From the human T2T-CHM13v2.0 reference genome, Homo sapiens: DNA of 64,000 nt. The first letter of the stretch is position 1, and each line of letters begins with the position of its first letter. Positions 14,281-29,115 of the stretch are shown here, piece by piece. A model generated the notes under the pieces. It had not been told where the DNA came from and searched no databases. It saw only the letters and a program-made list of their open reading frames with translations. Location of the stretch: the NCBI RefSeq assembly GCF_009914755.1, contig NC_060925.1. One strand, given 5' to 3'. A program made the position numbers and the translations under genes.

Positions 14281-15104
14281 TGTTTTCTTTTTCATTTTAT
14301 TTTATTTTATTTTAAGTTCTGGAATACATGTTCAGGACTTGAAACTCTGTTACGTAGGTAAACGTGTGTCATGGTGGTTTGCTGCACAGATCAACGGAAC
14401 ACCTGCATGCATCAAGCCCTGCATGCATTAGATATTTATTCTGATACTCTCCCTGCCTCTACCCACCCCTCCCCACCCCAACAGACCCCAGTGTGTATTG
14501 TTCCCCTTTCTGGATCTATGTGTTCTCATTGCTCAGCTTCCACTTATAAGTGAAAACATGCAGTGTTTGGTTTTCTGCTCCTGTGTTAGTTTGCTGAGGT
14601 TAATGGCTTCCAGGTCTATTCATGTCCCTGCAAAGGACACCATTTCTTTCCTTTTTACAGTTGTATAGTATTCCATGGTATATATGTGCTACTTTTTCTT
14701 TATTCAGTCTATCATTGATGGGGATTTGGGTTTATTCCCTGTCTTTGCTATTGTAAATAGTGTTGCAACGAACATACACGTACATGTATCTTTATAATAG
14801 AATGATTTATATTCCTTTGGGTATATACCCAGTAATGGGACTCCTGGGTCAAATGGTATTTCTGGTTCTAGGTCTTTGAGGAATCGCCACACTGTCTTCC
14901 ACAATGGTTGAACTAATTTACATTCCTGCAAACAGTGTAAAAGTGTTTCTATTTCTCCACAGCTTCGCCAGCATCTTTTGTGTCTTGACTTTTTAATAAT
15001 CGCCATACTGACTGGAGTGAGATGGTATCACAATGTGGTTATGATTTTCATGTCTCTAATGATCAGTGATGTTGAGCTTTTTTCATATGTTTGTTGGCTA
15101 CATA
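14281..15104 (-). mobile_element. L1PA (PA8A-PA11-like) 3' segment of a twin-primed insertion
   Basis: T-rich tail, 3' UTR and ORF2 C-terminus (minus ORF ...RCWRSCGEIETLLHC...QPLWKTVWRFLKDL). Confidence 0.95.
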
Positions 15105-17165
<2,061 letters not shown>

Positions 17166-18049
17166 CAACTTGATTTTATTACATTAAAAGAAACTTCTAG
17201 GTCTGGTAAATAGGGGCTAGACTTGAGCAACCACAGAGAGAGTCAAAATGCCTCAGTTTCCAACTCTGAATTAGTTTAGAAACTCAGATTCCCTTAAATG
17301 AAGAAAATTTTAAAACTCTTGAAACAATATGACACATAATTAATTTGAATAATTTGCCCATGTTTTTGTCAGCTCTCCAGTTTTCTGCCACAATTTCCTC
17401 CACAATTACCCTGACAATGTAGCTTTCCATAGGATATTACATAAATTCGTTACGTTTATAGGTGAAAGAACCTGGAAAACATAAAATAGAAATATCACAC
17501 TCTAAATGTTTTGATAGAAATGTGTGTATCAGAGAGGAGAGAATAAATCTTATAAAAATACAGCACCCTACAAGAGCAGTAAAATTATTTAAGTTATAGT
17601 AGATGAGAATAGATAGATATATTTCATCAAAGGGAAAGAAAAAAATGATCCCCCTTTTACCTTCTACCACCGAAATTACTTAAATTATACTTGTCGAGCC
17701 CTTGAATTTTGGAGGCACTATATACCACATTTACACTTGTGTCTGTGACCCAGTGTTAAATGAGACCCAGGTCAAGAGACAACTCTTTGGCTGGTCTAGG
17801 ATATTGTATAAACAGATCTATCACTCTGCCCTTATATGACAAAAAGAACCTTATGGGAATCACAACACCTGCAGTAGATTGGAATATTGTATGTATCCTG
17901 AGGGAAATCATAATAGGAGAATCATGCTAAAGATATCTAGAGTTTTGAAGTAAAGCTGATCCCTCTTTACTTTCTAAAACAGGTAATTATTCTGCTTTTA
18001 AAAACATTATTTGTTTTGTGACTAGGTCTTGTCCAGGAATCTTTTAGGC

Positions 18050-19430
18050 ATAACTAACTTCAGACTTGGTCAAGACTGAAAATACTCCAAAAGTACCTGA
18101 CAAAAGCAAACTCAAAAACCAGGATCTACAAAATTCACACAACTGAAGCCACATTGAATAGGAGTTTACAATCCAAAGTTACAAAATAGTTGGGGAATTT
18201 CACCATGAGCCAGAGAAAGCAGACATATAAATATTAGGATTATACCCCCCACCAGTTTATAATTGAACAATAAGACAGAGGCTACAAAACAAAAATGTTT
18301 AAAATGACTACAGAAAGAAAAACTGAATATATATATATACTATATATATATTTAGTGTACATATATATATACACTAAATATATATATATATGGGGAGCAG
18401 GAAGTTTTGGAGGGAAAATACCTGAAATGAAAAATATATCCACTGAAATCACAACAGTAGATGTGTTAAGTTGGAATGTAGATAAAAGCATAAAGAAAAT
18501 TAATTGGCTGAAAGATATATCTTTAAAAAATTAGTAAGAATGCTGTATTGACAGGTAAACAGATGGAAAATATGAATGAGAAATAAAGAGACATGGAGGA
18601 TAAAATGAGAAGACTTAACATATCTGGAAAGGTTTTCTGAAGGAGATAAGTTATTGGAAGAGAAAATATCTGAAATTTTTAGCCTTGATAAAAGATAAGA
18701 ATTGTGAAATTTAGAAACCCAACAGTCCCAAGTAGGATAAAAAAATAAGTTCACACCTAGACAATGTAGTAAAATGGTAGAACAGAAGAGATATAATGAA
18801 AATATTAAAGACATCTGGAGAGAAGCAGCATATTATCTAAGAAGAAATAATGTATAGTCTGGTCTCAATAAATTCAATGGTAACAATAGAAATCAAAAGA
18901 TAATGAAACAATATATTCAGTGCTGAGATAAAGTAACTCTCAATTTGCTGTTGAGAGAATTCCATGTCCAGTTAAACTACCATTTAAGAATGATAATGAA
19001 TTAAATGTTTTCAGATCCATATTGTATGAGTTTACCATTAACAGACACTTACTAGTGAACTTCTAAGTATCTGCCTTAGTAAGAAAGAATCTCAATCTGT
19101 AAAGAAGGAAGTGTGAGCAAAGAGACTGAAAAAAAATAAGTAATTCCAAGCAAACTGCCGAATTTTATAATATAATCACAATAGCTATTAACTTTAGAAG
19201 TACAAAAACAAGTTCAAACTAAAGTATGTAAGGTTGACATTTAATACAGAATGATGGGTAATTAAAGTTCCAGTGTTTCAGGGCTCTTGTATTTTTCCAA
19301 TAGAGGGAAGAGAGAGTGATTAATTATATACTTTGTTAAAGAAAGTTTGCATATTAGAATTTTAAGAGAAACACAGAAAAGAAACTGAATGCATAACTGT
19401 AAAACTACTAGGGTTGGAAGAGGTTATAAG
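18050..19430 (+). mobile_element. Ancient L1M (L1ME-like) 5'/ORF1 fragment
   Basis: A-rich ORF1-like text 'gagatggaaaatatgaatgagaaataaagagacatggaggataaaatgagaagacttaacata', 'cacacctagacaatgtagtaaaat'. Confidence 0.7.
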
Positions 19431-20064
19431 ATTCTTAATGCATGACTGCAGTAGACGAAGTGGCCACAGAAATTGATATATTCATAATGAACTGGATGTT
19501 TCTAATCCACCTATCATTAAGTTGGGCATACCCACAAGCATTCCATCATCTAGTGGAAGTAAACATATTCAAGATCTGAATGTTGCAGTTCCCCAGGTTG
19601 GACAAGCAAGTAGCTCACACTCCTAGCATGTCTACTCCAGCCACACAGTGACATTCTACCTTCTCCCACACCCATAGCCTTATAAAAAGTTGTCTAGGAC
19701 CGTATTTTGAGTCTTATTTACAGAAGGCTTATCATGACATAGATAGAAATGGACTTTTACAATGCAACAGTGGTGGCTCTGAAGGATAGTGAAAACTAAA
19801 ATTCTTCCAATGGGACAAATGTGAAATGCTTTAACTTGTGGTCAGGATGAAAGGAGAAATGCTCTCAGGTAAGCATCTACATCTACTAGCAGGTTCTTTA
19901 AAGAAGCAAAACAGAATTGATGACAAAGAGTCTTAGAGAAGAGCTATGTATACGAACTGGCAATGATCCCAGAATACACTCATGTCTCATGTGATATAAG
20001 TACTCCGACAAAATACTCCTCCATGGAGGATATTCTTCCAGATCAAGTAAGTAAGAGGATCCAT

Positions 20065-21060
20065 TTGTTGTTGTTGTTGTTGTTGTTGTTTTGTTTCAAA
20101 TTAGTACTAATCTTTAATCAAAGAGCTACAAATTCCCAGGTAGTCTTGGAAGCAAGACCGCTCAGTATTTTGGTAATGCTTGTATTTGACTTCTCTTCCT
20201 CCTTTGCAACCGTGCAAGGTTTCTGTCTGGGTTTCTTCAGAAGACCTCTGCCTCCTTTTCCTGGCATCATGGAGACCCAGGCCCTACCGAAATGCATTTA
20301 AGAGGCTTTAAACAATTAAATAATGCCAAGCGGATGGTGGTCAAGGGGTTTCTTCAGAAGACCTCTGCCTCCTTGTCCTGGCATCGTGGAGACCCAGGCC
20401 CTACCAAAATGCATTTAAGAGGCTTTAAATAATTAAATAATGCCAAGCAGATGGTGGTTAGCTCAGGGCAGATACGCTACAAAAAGTTAACTGAGGTCCC
20501 TCCAAGTTCATGGATGGAGCAAGGCTGACACTTCCCAGTGGGCCTCGGGTTTCTCCATCTGCTGTTCAGAGCCCAAGGGGAAGCTGCTAAGGCTTTCCAT
20601 GCATCTACAGAAATACACTCTTTTTTACACAGCTGCAAGACTGTGCTTATGGTCTTTAATCTTCCTCTTTGAAAAGCATCCAATTTAGGAATTTTTGCAG
20701 TAATCATTTCAGAGTAATGAAAAACAGACAGAACAATAGAAAATTTCAGATGTGATATGCGCACTCTGTGCACTTCTCTCTAATGTACATTTAAAAAGAT
20801 GTATTAGTCATCCTAAGGAACCTCTTTTGTCTTCTCACACAATCAAATTCTGCCTGTGTGCAGACCATAAACATCATAATACAGTTAATTTACCCAATAT
20901 ACTCATTTCTCCCTCATAACAATGCCCATAAGATAGCATTCAATTTTGTTTTAAAGTTTCCTTACATACAAGATGGGGTTTGGAATGAAATTTTTTCACC
21001 TTGCAGTCTTGCAAAGCACCATGGTAGAAGCTAATGTGTGCCATTTTGTCTGTTTCAAGT
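20065..21060 (-). other. Putative L1 3'-transduced segment with its own poly(A) signal and tail
   Basis: Non-repeat ~1 kb between the L1PB1 poly(A) (21062-21075) and a second decayed tail (TTG)n at 20064-20096; minus-strand ATTAAA at 20113-20118. Confidence 0.75.
20229..20458. repeat. 117-bp tandem duplication (2 copies)
   Basis: 20229-20341 vs 20346-20458; 5 mismatches counted by eye. Confidence 0.95.
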
Positions 21061-21061
21061 C

Positions 21062-24000
21062 TTTTTTTTTTTTTTAACTTTTTAATTTCCATAGGTTTTG
21101 CAGGAACAGGTGGTATTTGGTTTCATGAGTAAGTTCTTTACTGGTGATTTGTGGGATTTTGGTGCATTCATCACCAGAGCAGTATACATTGAATGCAATT
21201 TGTAGTCTTTTATCCCTCACCGACCTCCCGCCCTTTCCTCTGCATCCCCAAAGTCCATTGTGTCATTCTTATGCCTTTGCTTCTTCATTGCTTAGCTCCC
21301 ACTTAATAGTGAGAACATAACAAAGTTTGGTTTTCCATTCATGAGTTACTTCACTTAGAATAATGGTCTCCAATTCCATCCAGGTTGCTACGAATGCCAT
21401 TAATTCATTCATTTTTATGGCTGAGTAGTATTCCATGGTATATACATATATACCACAGTTTCTTTATCCACTCATTGATTGATGTGCATTCGGGTTGGTT
21501 CCATTTCTTTGCAATTGTGAATTGTGCTGCTATAAGCATATGTGTGCAAGTGTCTTTTTTGTATAATGACTTATTTTCCTCTGGGTAGATACCCAGTAGT
21601 GGGATTGCTGTTTCAAATAGTAGTTCTACTTTTAGTTCCTTAAGAAATCTTCACACTGTTTTCTATAGTGATTGTACTAGTTTACACTCCCACCAGCAGG
21701 GTAGAAGTGTTCCCTTTTCACCACATCCATGCCAACATCCATATTTTTTGATTATGGCCATTCTTGCAAGAGTAAGGTGGTATTGCATTGTGGTTTTGAT
21801 TTGCATTTCCCTGATTATTAGTGATGTTGAGCATGTTTTCCTGTTTGTTGGCCATTAGTATATCTTCTTTTGAGAATTGCCTATTCATGTCCTTAGCCCA
21901 CTTTTTGATGGGATTGTTTGTTTTTTCTTGCTAATTTGTTTGAGTTCCTTGTAGATTCTGGATATTAGTCCTTTGTCAGATGTATACATTGTGAAGATTT
22001 TCTCCCACTCTGTGGGTTGTCTGTTTACTCTGCTGACTGTTCCTTTTGCCATGCAGAAGTTATTTAGTTTAATTAAGTCTCACCTATTTATGTTTGTTTT
22101 TGTTGCATTTGCTTTTCGGTTCTTGGTCATGAAGTCTTTGCCTAAGCTGATGTCTAGAAGGGTTTTTTCCATTGTTATCTTCTAGAATTTTTACAGTTTC
22201 AGGTCTTAGATTTAAGTCCTTGATCCATCTTGAGTTGATTTTTGTATAAGATGAGAGATGAGGATCCAGTTTCATTCTCCTACATGTGGCTTGCCAATTA
22301 TCCCAGCATCTTTTGTTGAATAAGGTGTCTTTTCCCCACTTTATGTTTTTGTTTGCTTCTTGAAGATTGGTTGGCTGTAAGTATTTGAGTTTATTTCTGG
22401 GTTCTCTATTCTATTCCATTGGTCTATGTGCCTATTTAAATACCAGTACCATACTGTTTGGGTGACTATGGCCTTAAAGTATAGTTTGAAATCAGGTAAT
22501 GTGATGCCTCCAGATTTGTTCTTTTTGCCTAGTCTTGCTTTGGCTATGTGGACTCTTTTTGGGTTCCACAAGAATTTTGTTTTCTCTAGTTCTGTGAAGA
22601 ATGATGGTGGTATTTTGATAGAAGTTCCATTGAATTTGTAGATTGTTGTTTGGCAGTATGTTCATTTTCACAATATTGAGTCTACCCATCCATGAGCATG
22701 GGATTTGTTTCCATTTTTTTTTGTGTCATCTGTGACTTCTTTCAGCAGTGCTTCATAGTTATGCTTGTAGAAGTCTTTCACCTCCTTGGCTAGGTATATT
22801 CCTAAGTATCTTTTTTTGCAGCTATTGTAAAAGGATTTGAGTTCTCAATTTGATTCTCAGCTTGGTCGCTGGTGGTGTATAGCAGAGCTACTGATTTATG
22901 TATGTTAATTTTTTATCCTGAAACTTTGCTGAATCCATTTATCAGTTCTAGGAGCTTTTGGGAGGAGTCTTTAGGGTTTTCCAGGTATCCAATCATATCA
23001 TCAGCAAACAGCAACAGTTTGACTTCCTCTTTACTGATTTGGATGCCCTTTATTTCTTTCTCCTGTCTGATTGATCTGGCTAGGACCTTCAGTACTATGT
23101 TGAATAGAAGTGGTAAGACTGGGAATCCTGTCTTGTTCTAGTTCCCAGAGGGAATACTTTCAAATTTTCCCATTCATTATTTATGCTGGCTGTGGGCTTG
23201 TCATAGATGGCTTTTATTACACTGTGGTATGTCGTCTGTTTGCCGATTTTGCTGAGGGTTCTAATCATGAAGGGATGCTGGATTTTGCCAAGTGCTTTTT
23301 CTGTCTATTGAGATGATTATGTGATTTTTGTTTTTATTTTATTTATTTATTTATTTATTTACTTGCATATGTTAAACCATCCCTGCATCCCTGGTATGAA
23401 ACCCACTTGATCATGATATATTATCTTTTTGATATGATGTTGGATTTGGTTAGCTAGTATTTTGTTAAGGATTTTTGCATCTATATTCATCAGGAATATT
23501 GGTCTGTAGTTTTCTTTTTATTTTTTGTTATGTCCTTTCCTGGTTTTGGTAACAGGGTAATATTGGCTTCATAGAATGATTTAGGGAGGATTCTCTCTTT
23601 CTCCATCTTGTGGAATACAGTCAATAGGATTGGTACCAATTCTTTGAGTGTCTGATAGAATTCAGCTGTGAATCTGTCTGGTCTTGGACTTTTTTTTTGT
23701 TGGTAATTTTTTATTACTATTTCAACCTCACTTGTTGTTATTAGTTTGTTCAGGGTTTTTAATTCTACCTGATTGAAGCTAGGATGGCTGTCTCTTTCCA
23801 GGAATTTATCCTTCTTCTTTTGGTTTTCTACTTTATGCACATAAAGGTGTTCATAGTAACCTTGAATGACTTTTTGTATTTCTGTGGTGTTGGTTGTACT
23901 ATCTCCTGTTTTGTTTCTAATTGAGCTTATTTGGATCTTCTATCTTCTTTTCTTGGTTAATCTTGCTAATGGTGTACCTATTTTATTTATTTTTCCAAAG

Positions 24001-24972
24001 AACCAGCTTTTTGTTTCATTTATCTTTTGTATTGTTTTTGTTTGTTTGTTTCAGTTTCATTTGGCTGTACTCTGATCTTGGTTATTTCTTTTCTTTTGCT
24101 GGGTTTGGGTTTGGTTTGTTCTTGTTTCTATATTTCCTTGAAGTATGACCTTAGATTGCCTATTTGTGCTCTTTCAGACTTTTTGATGAAGGCATTTAAG
24201 GCTATCAACTTTCCTCTTAGCACCGCCTTTGCTGTATCCCAGAGGTTTTGATAGATTGTGTCACTGTTATTGTTCAGTTCAAATAGTTTTTTAATTTCCA
24301 TCTTGATTTCATTGTTGACCCAATGATCATTCAGGAACAGGTTATTTAATTTCCATGTATTTGCATGGTTTTGAAGGTTCCTTTTGGAGTTGATTTCCAA
24401 TTATATCCCACTGTGGTCTGAGAGAGAACTTGATATAATTTCAATTTTCTTAAATTTATTGAGACTTTGTGCCCTACCATATGGTCTATCTTGGAGAAAG
24501 TTCCACTTGCTGATGAATAGAATGTATATTCTGTGGTTGGGTAGAATGTTCTGTAAATATCTGTTAAGTCCATTTGTTCCAGGGTATAGTTTAAATCCAT
24601 TTTTTCTTTGTTGACTTTCTGTCTTGATGACCTGTCCAGTGCTGTCAGTGGAGTATTGAAGTCCCCTATTATTATTGTGTTGCTGTCTATCTCGCTTCTT
24701 AGGTCTAGTAGTAATTGTTTTACATATTTGGGAGCTCCAGTATTAGGTGCATATATATTTAGGATTGCAGTATTTTCCTGTTGGACAAGGCCTTTTATCA
24801 TTATGTAATGTCACTCTTTGTCTTTTTTAACTGCTGTTGCTTTAAAGTTTGTTTTGTCTGATATAACAATAGCTACCCCTGCTTGCTTTTGGGGTCCGTT
24901 TTCATGGAATTTCTTTTTCCACCCCTTTACCTTAGGTTTTTGTGAGTCCTTATGTGTTAGGTGAGTCTCTTG
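21062..24972 (-). mobile_element. L1PB1, 5'-truncated in the ORF2 endonuclease region
   Basis: Diagnostic 3' UTR 'ggaacaggtggtatttggtttcatgagtaagttcttt'; ORF2 fragments incl. ILNIYAPNTGAP...IIIGDFNTPL; multiple frameshifts. Confidence 0.95.
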
Positions 24973-25646
24973 GATGACCCATAATTTAAATATCAGTCAG
25001 TCTCCTTCTACAACCACCCTAGAGTTTGTTCAGTGGTCTTAAAAAACAAACTAGCCATAGTGATTGACCTAGAAGCAAGGCAAAAATCTCTGCAAAGGGG
25101 ACTTCTTATGGAATTTGACCCAGCTACTACCACAGCTGAAAATCCAATTTGCCAATTACTATGTTTAACCCCAATACCCAATATGGTCTCATACAACAGG
25201 GACCACTCAGCTAGCTGGTAGCAAGCTGATTACATTGAATACCATTCTGCATGGAGAGGGAAAAAATTTATCCTCACTAGAATAGAGTTGTTATCTATTT
25301 AGATTTGTTTTCCCTGCCTACCACTCTCTGCCAGCACCAGTGCGGACCTACTGAATGTTAATAGAAAATTGCAATGATCACATAAAGACAGTATCACAAG
25401 GGAATAAAGGTTAGGGTCTCCTCACCAGATAAAATCCCCATCCAGCTGTGGGTTTGGCTGGATGCAAAGGAAAATGGAATGGATAGTCAGTAATAGAAAT
25501 TATGAATAAATTGCCACTTATTTCTGGTTGTCCATGAAAATCACTGACACGTAAATAATGTAGTCTTGTGTTGGTGTAGTCTTGCCAGCCAAAATGATTT
25601 CATAGGGATTTTCCCTCAGAAGCTTACAGTATAAAAATAATATGGT

Positions 25647-26293
25647 CTCTTCTGGTTCCAGGTGCTTTGGGAGCTGGGTGTTACAGTGCAGACAAGGCCA
25701 AGTCCAAGAACCACACCACACACAACCAGTCCCGAAAATGGCACAGAATGGCATCAAGAAACCCCGATTGCAAAGATATGAATCTCTTAAGGGGGTGGAC
25801 CCCAAGTTCCTGAGGAACATGGGCTTTGCCAAGAAGTGCAACAAGAAGGGCCTAAAGAAGATGCAGGCCAACAATGCCAAGGCCATGAGTGCACGTACTG
25901 AGGCTATCAAGGTCCTCATAAAGCCAAAGGAGGTTAAGCCCAGATGCCAAAGGGTGTCAGCCTCAAGCTCAATCAATTTGCCTACATTACCCACCCCAAG
26001 CTTGGGAAGTGTGCTTGTGCCCGCATTGCCAAGGGTCTCAGGTTGTGTGGGCCAAAGGCCAAAGCCAAGGATCAAACCAAGGCCCAGGCTGCAGCTCCAG
26101 CTTCAGTTTCAGCTCAGGCTCCCAAAGATGCCCAGGCCCCTACAAAGACTTCAGGGTAGAGATCTCTGTCTGCCAACGTGAGGACAGAAGGACTGGTGTG
26201 ACCCACCCTGGGCTGCCATCAGCATGGGGCTGGTGTCTTCCTGTGCTATTTGTATAAATAAGCCTGAGGCAGGAAAATAATAACAATAATAAT
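25647..26293 (+). pseudogene. RPL29: RPL29 (60S ribosomal protein L29) processed pseudogene, full length
   Basis: Intronless; TOP-like 5' end ctcttctggttcc; peptides [25 protein letters not shown] and [10 protein letters not shown]...[12 protein letters not shown]; ATG->AAG at 25694; two 1-nt frameshifts (~25747, ~25941); stop 26157-26159; decayed A-tail; TSD aataatatggt 25636-25646 / 26294-26304. Confidence 0.97.
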
Positions 26294-27450
26294 AATAATA
26301 TGGTTTTTCCTCAATTAAAATTTATATTTCAATAGTGATTATACTTTTTCAAATTTTTACATGCTGCCCCCAAAACACATATATACCTCCCTGGTAATAG
26401 ACTAAGAATGAGTACTTCAGATCAATGCATGGGACTCTACAGTTAGGGTGAAGTTAGTTCTCCTGTGGGCTACACACTCCTAGAAGTAGAGCTCTTAGGA
26501 ATGTACAGACTGCTCATAAATCAGTTAGTCTATTATTGTAGCACTCAATGGGCATAAGTTTCCTCAGTGCTCTCAAAATCATTAACACATTATTTGAGTC
26601 ATCAAGAAGGTGTTCTATCCAAAGCCTTAGCATTTCTTTCTATCTTTAAGGCCAGTCACTTATAAAAAGAGATATTCAAGGTGAGACAATGTCACCTTAA
26701 GAAAATATACACGCAGATCCCCATAAGGCAAATCATATGATTTTAAGAAACAAAACACTGAAGTGCTGTTTGATATCTAATTTGAAACTTTATTATGTTA
26801 GCAATTACATGAGTGGGGATTTTTCCAGTAATTCTTCCATGTGATTATCCTGGCTGTTAGATTCAAAATGACCTTCATACAAAGACAGATAATATCGCAA
26901 GCTAATGAGGAGAGGCGTCCTGTGTAGGCAGGGCAGGAATGAGTCACAGGCATCCTTCATAAAAGTAATTATGCACCTGCTGGGGAGTGTTTTCTGACTC
27001 CAGTAAATATTGATGTGCCTTTTCCCTGCATTGCAAGATGAAGATTTGTTGAAGGTTGTGATCTACCATAGTTTTCACAAAAGTCTTTTTTGGGGGCTAT
27101 TTTATTTACTAGAATTATACAAACACAAGTCAGTCAAGCCTGAGCTGCAAGTGGACAATAGAGTTAAATATGTTATCAGATGTAAAAGACAAAAAAAAAA
27201 ATCAGAAACCAACAAGCTATAGCTTCAGGCACAACAGCCAGGAAGGAAATTTTCCCAATTTACTAACTAAAATCTGGAATGAGGAGAAACTTCTGTTCCC
27301 ATAACAGGGCACAGACACAGAGTGATAGCAGGCTCTAACCAAGATCCTAAAGTCAATCTAACAATGTAAGGACTTTATTGTTTGCAGAGGCAGGTAGGGA
27401 ATAGTGTCATTGAAAACACCCAGATTTTGTTCTGCTAAAAATCCAGTTGA

Positions 27451-27597
27451 GCTGGGAACAGTGGCAGATACTTGTAGTCCCGGCTGAGATGAAGGATCAC
27501 TTGAGCCCAGGACTCTGAGACAGCCTGGACAGAATGAGTCCTCATTGCTAAGGAAAAAAAAAATTTAATAAAATTTTTTTAAAATTAAAAATTTACA
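27451..27597 (+). mobile_element. Alu monomer (FAM/FLAM-like)
   Basis: 'gctgggaacagtggcagatacttgtagtccc...gaggatcacttgagcccagga' plus A-tail; TSD aaaaatccagttga / aagaacccagttga. Confidence 0.8.
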
Positions 27598-27614
27598 AAG
27601 AACCCAGTTGACTC

Positions 27615-27913
<299 letters not shown>

Positions 27914-27989
27914 CCCCATTGACTCTTGACCTGTGTAAGTAGTCTTCATTGTTTCATCTGCTACTATCTCTTGTGTTCACCACACCCAA

Positions 27990-28750
27990 TATTTCTTTAA
28001 GATTAGGTACTTAGTTAACTTTCTTTTTATCACATGAAAGCACTTCCATTATTCAGAATGACTTTTGCATTTCCATTGTCAACTCTTCCACATCAGTTTC
28101 TAGGTTTTGCCATCCCTAGGAAACTTCAACACCCCCACTTCGGTCACCCACTCCCACAACCACATCCTGAACATCCTAGACACTTGTTACAACTCCATGC
28201 TTGAAATGTTCAGTTCCCACCCACCACTATCCAATCCCAGTATCCTGTCCTTCTTGCTGTCTCATTCAGTTACTCCTTCACCTGCTCCTGATCCACAAGT
28301 CCTCCTATTCCTTTTTCACTTCAGAGACCATCCTTGTCTTCATATATTTCCTTGTTCAACTTAGAGTCCATATCTCCACACCTGAATTATTTTCTTGCCA
28401 AAACTTTTACTACCTTGCCTCACTGTCTTTTCAATGTTCTCACTTGGTAAATAGCCTAACACAGAATTAACCTGTATCAATTTTTATTTAACTTCTGTGG
28501 CCTATCAAATCATCTTCCTCACCTTGGTCCCTCCTTATTCTTAGTGGAGAAAATAGAATGCCTTTTACTTAATGAAGAAAATAGAAGCCATGAAGTGGAA
28601 ATGCCCTCAATGCTTTGCCATCCCACCTACAACCTTACATGAATTTGTCAATACCCATTCTTGTTACCTCACTGCCTTTCCAATGAAGTTGTGTTTCTCT
28701 AGTTGTCTGAGTACTTCTTCATCCGTGCTCTGGATTGGGTAGCTTTCAGC
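27990..28750 (+). mobile_element. L2 internal fragment
   Basis: Pyrimidine-rich L2 ORF2-like text 'cacccactcccacaaccacatcct', 'ttaatgaagaaaatagaagccat'. Confidence 0.6.
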
Positions 28751-28914
28751 TCCCACTTAAATGTATTTTTTCATAATTAAAAACTTTTTAATTTAGTAAT
28801 TTTTAACAGTAACTTAGTTAATCATCTATGGAATGTTTTCCATCAGTATATTCACAGTCCACATTGCCCCTTTTTAAAAATTTTCCTTTTCTTTTGGCCA
28901 GTTTCTCCAAAGAG

Positions 28915-29115
28915 CCATTTAATAACAGCAAGTTTTTGAGCATCTACTATGAACTAGGTGTTTTACATAAATTAGCACTTACCACATAAGGTAGCTATTA
29001 TTATTCCAGTTCTGCAGATTAGGAAACTGGATCTTAGATGCAGTTATGTAAATTACTTAACATTCCACAGTGACTGTGGCAGATTTGGGACTGGAACCTA
29101 GGTCTGTCTACACTG
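28915..29115 (-). mobile_element. MIR
   Basis: 'ttgagcatctactatg...ctattattattccagttctgcagattaggaaactg...gaacctaggtctgtct'. Confidence 0.8.

Noticed and set aside
25518-26075. 185-aa antisense ORF
   Set aside because: Shadow frame of the RPL29 retrocopy; no independent support.
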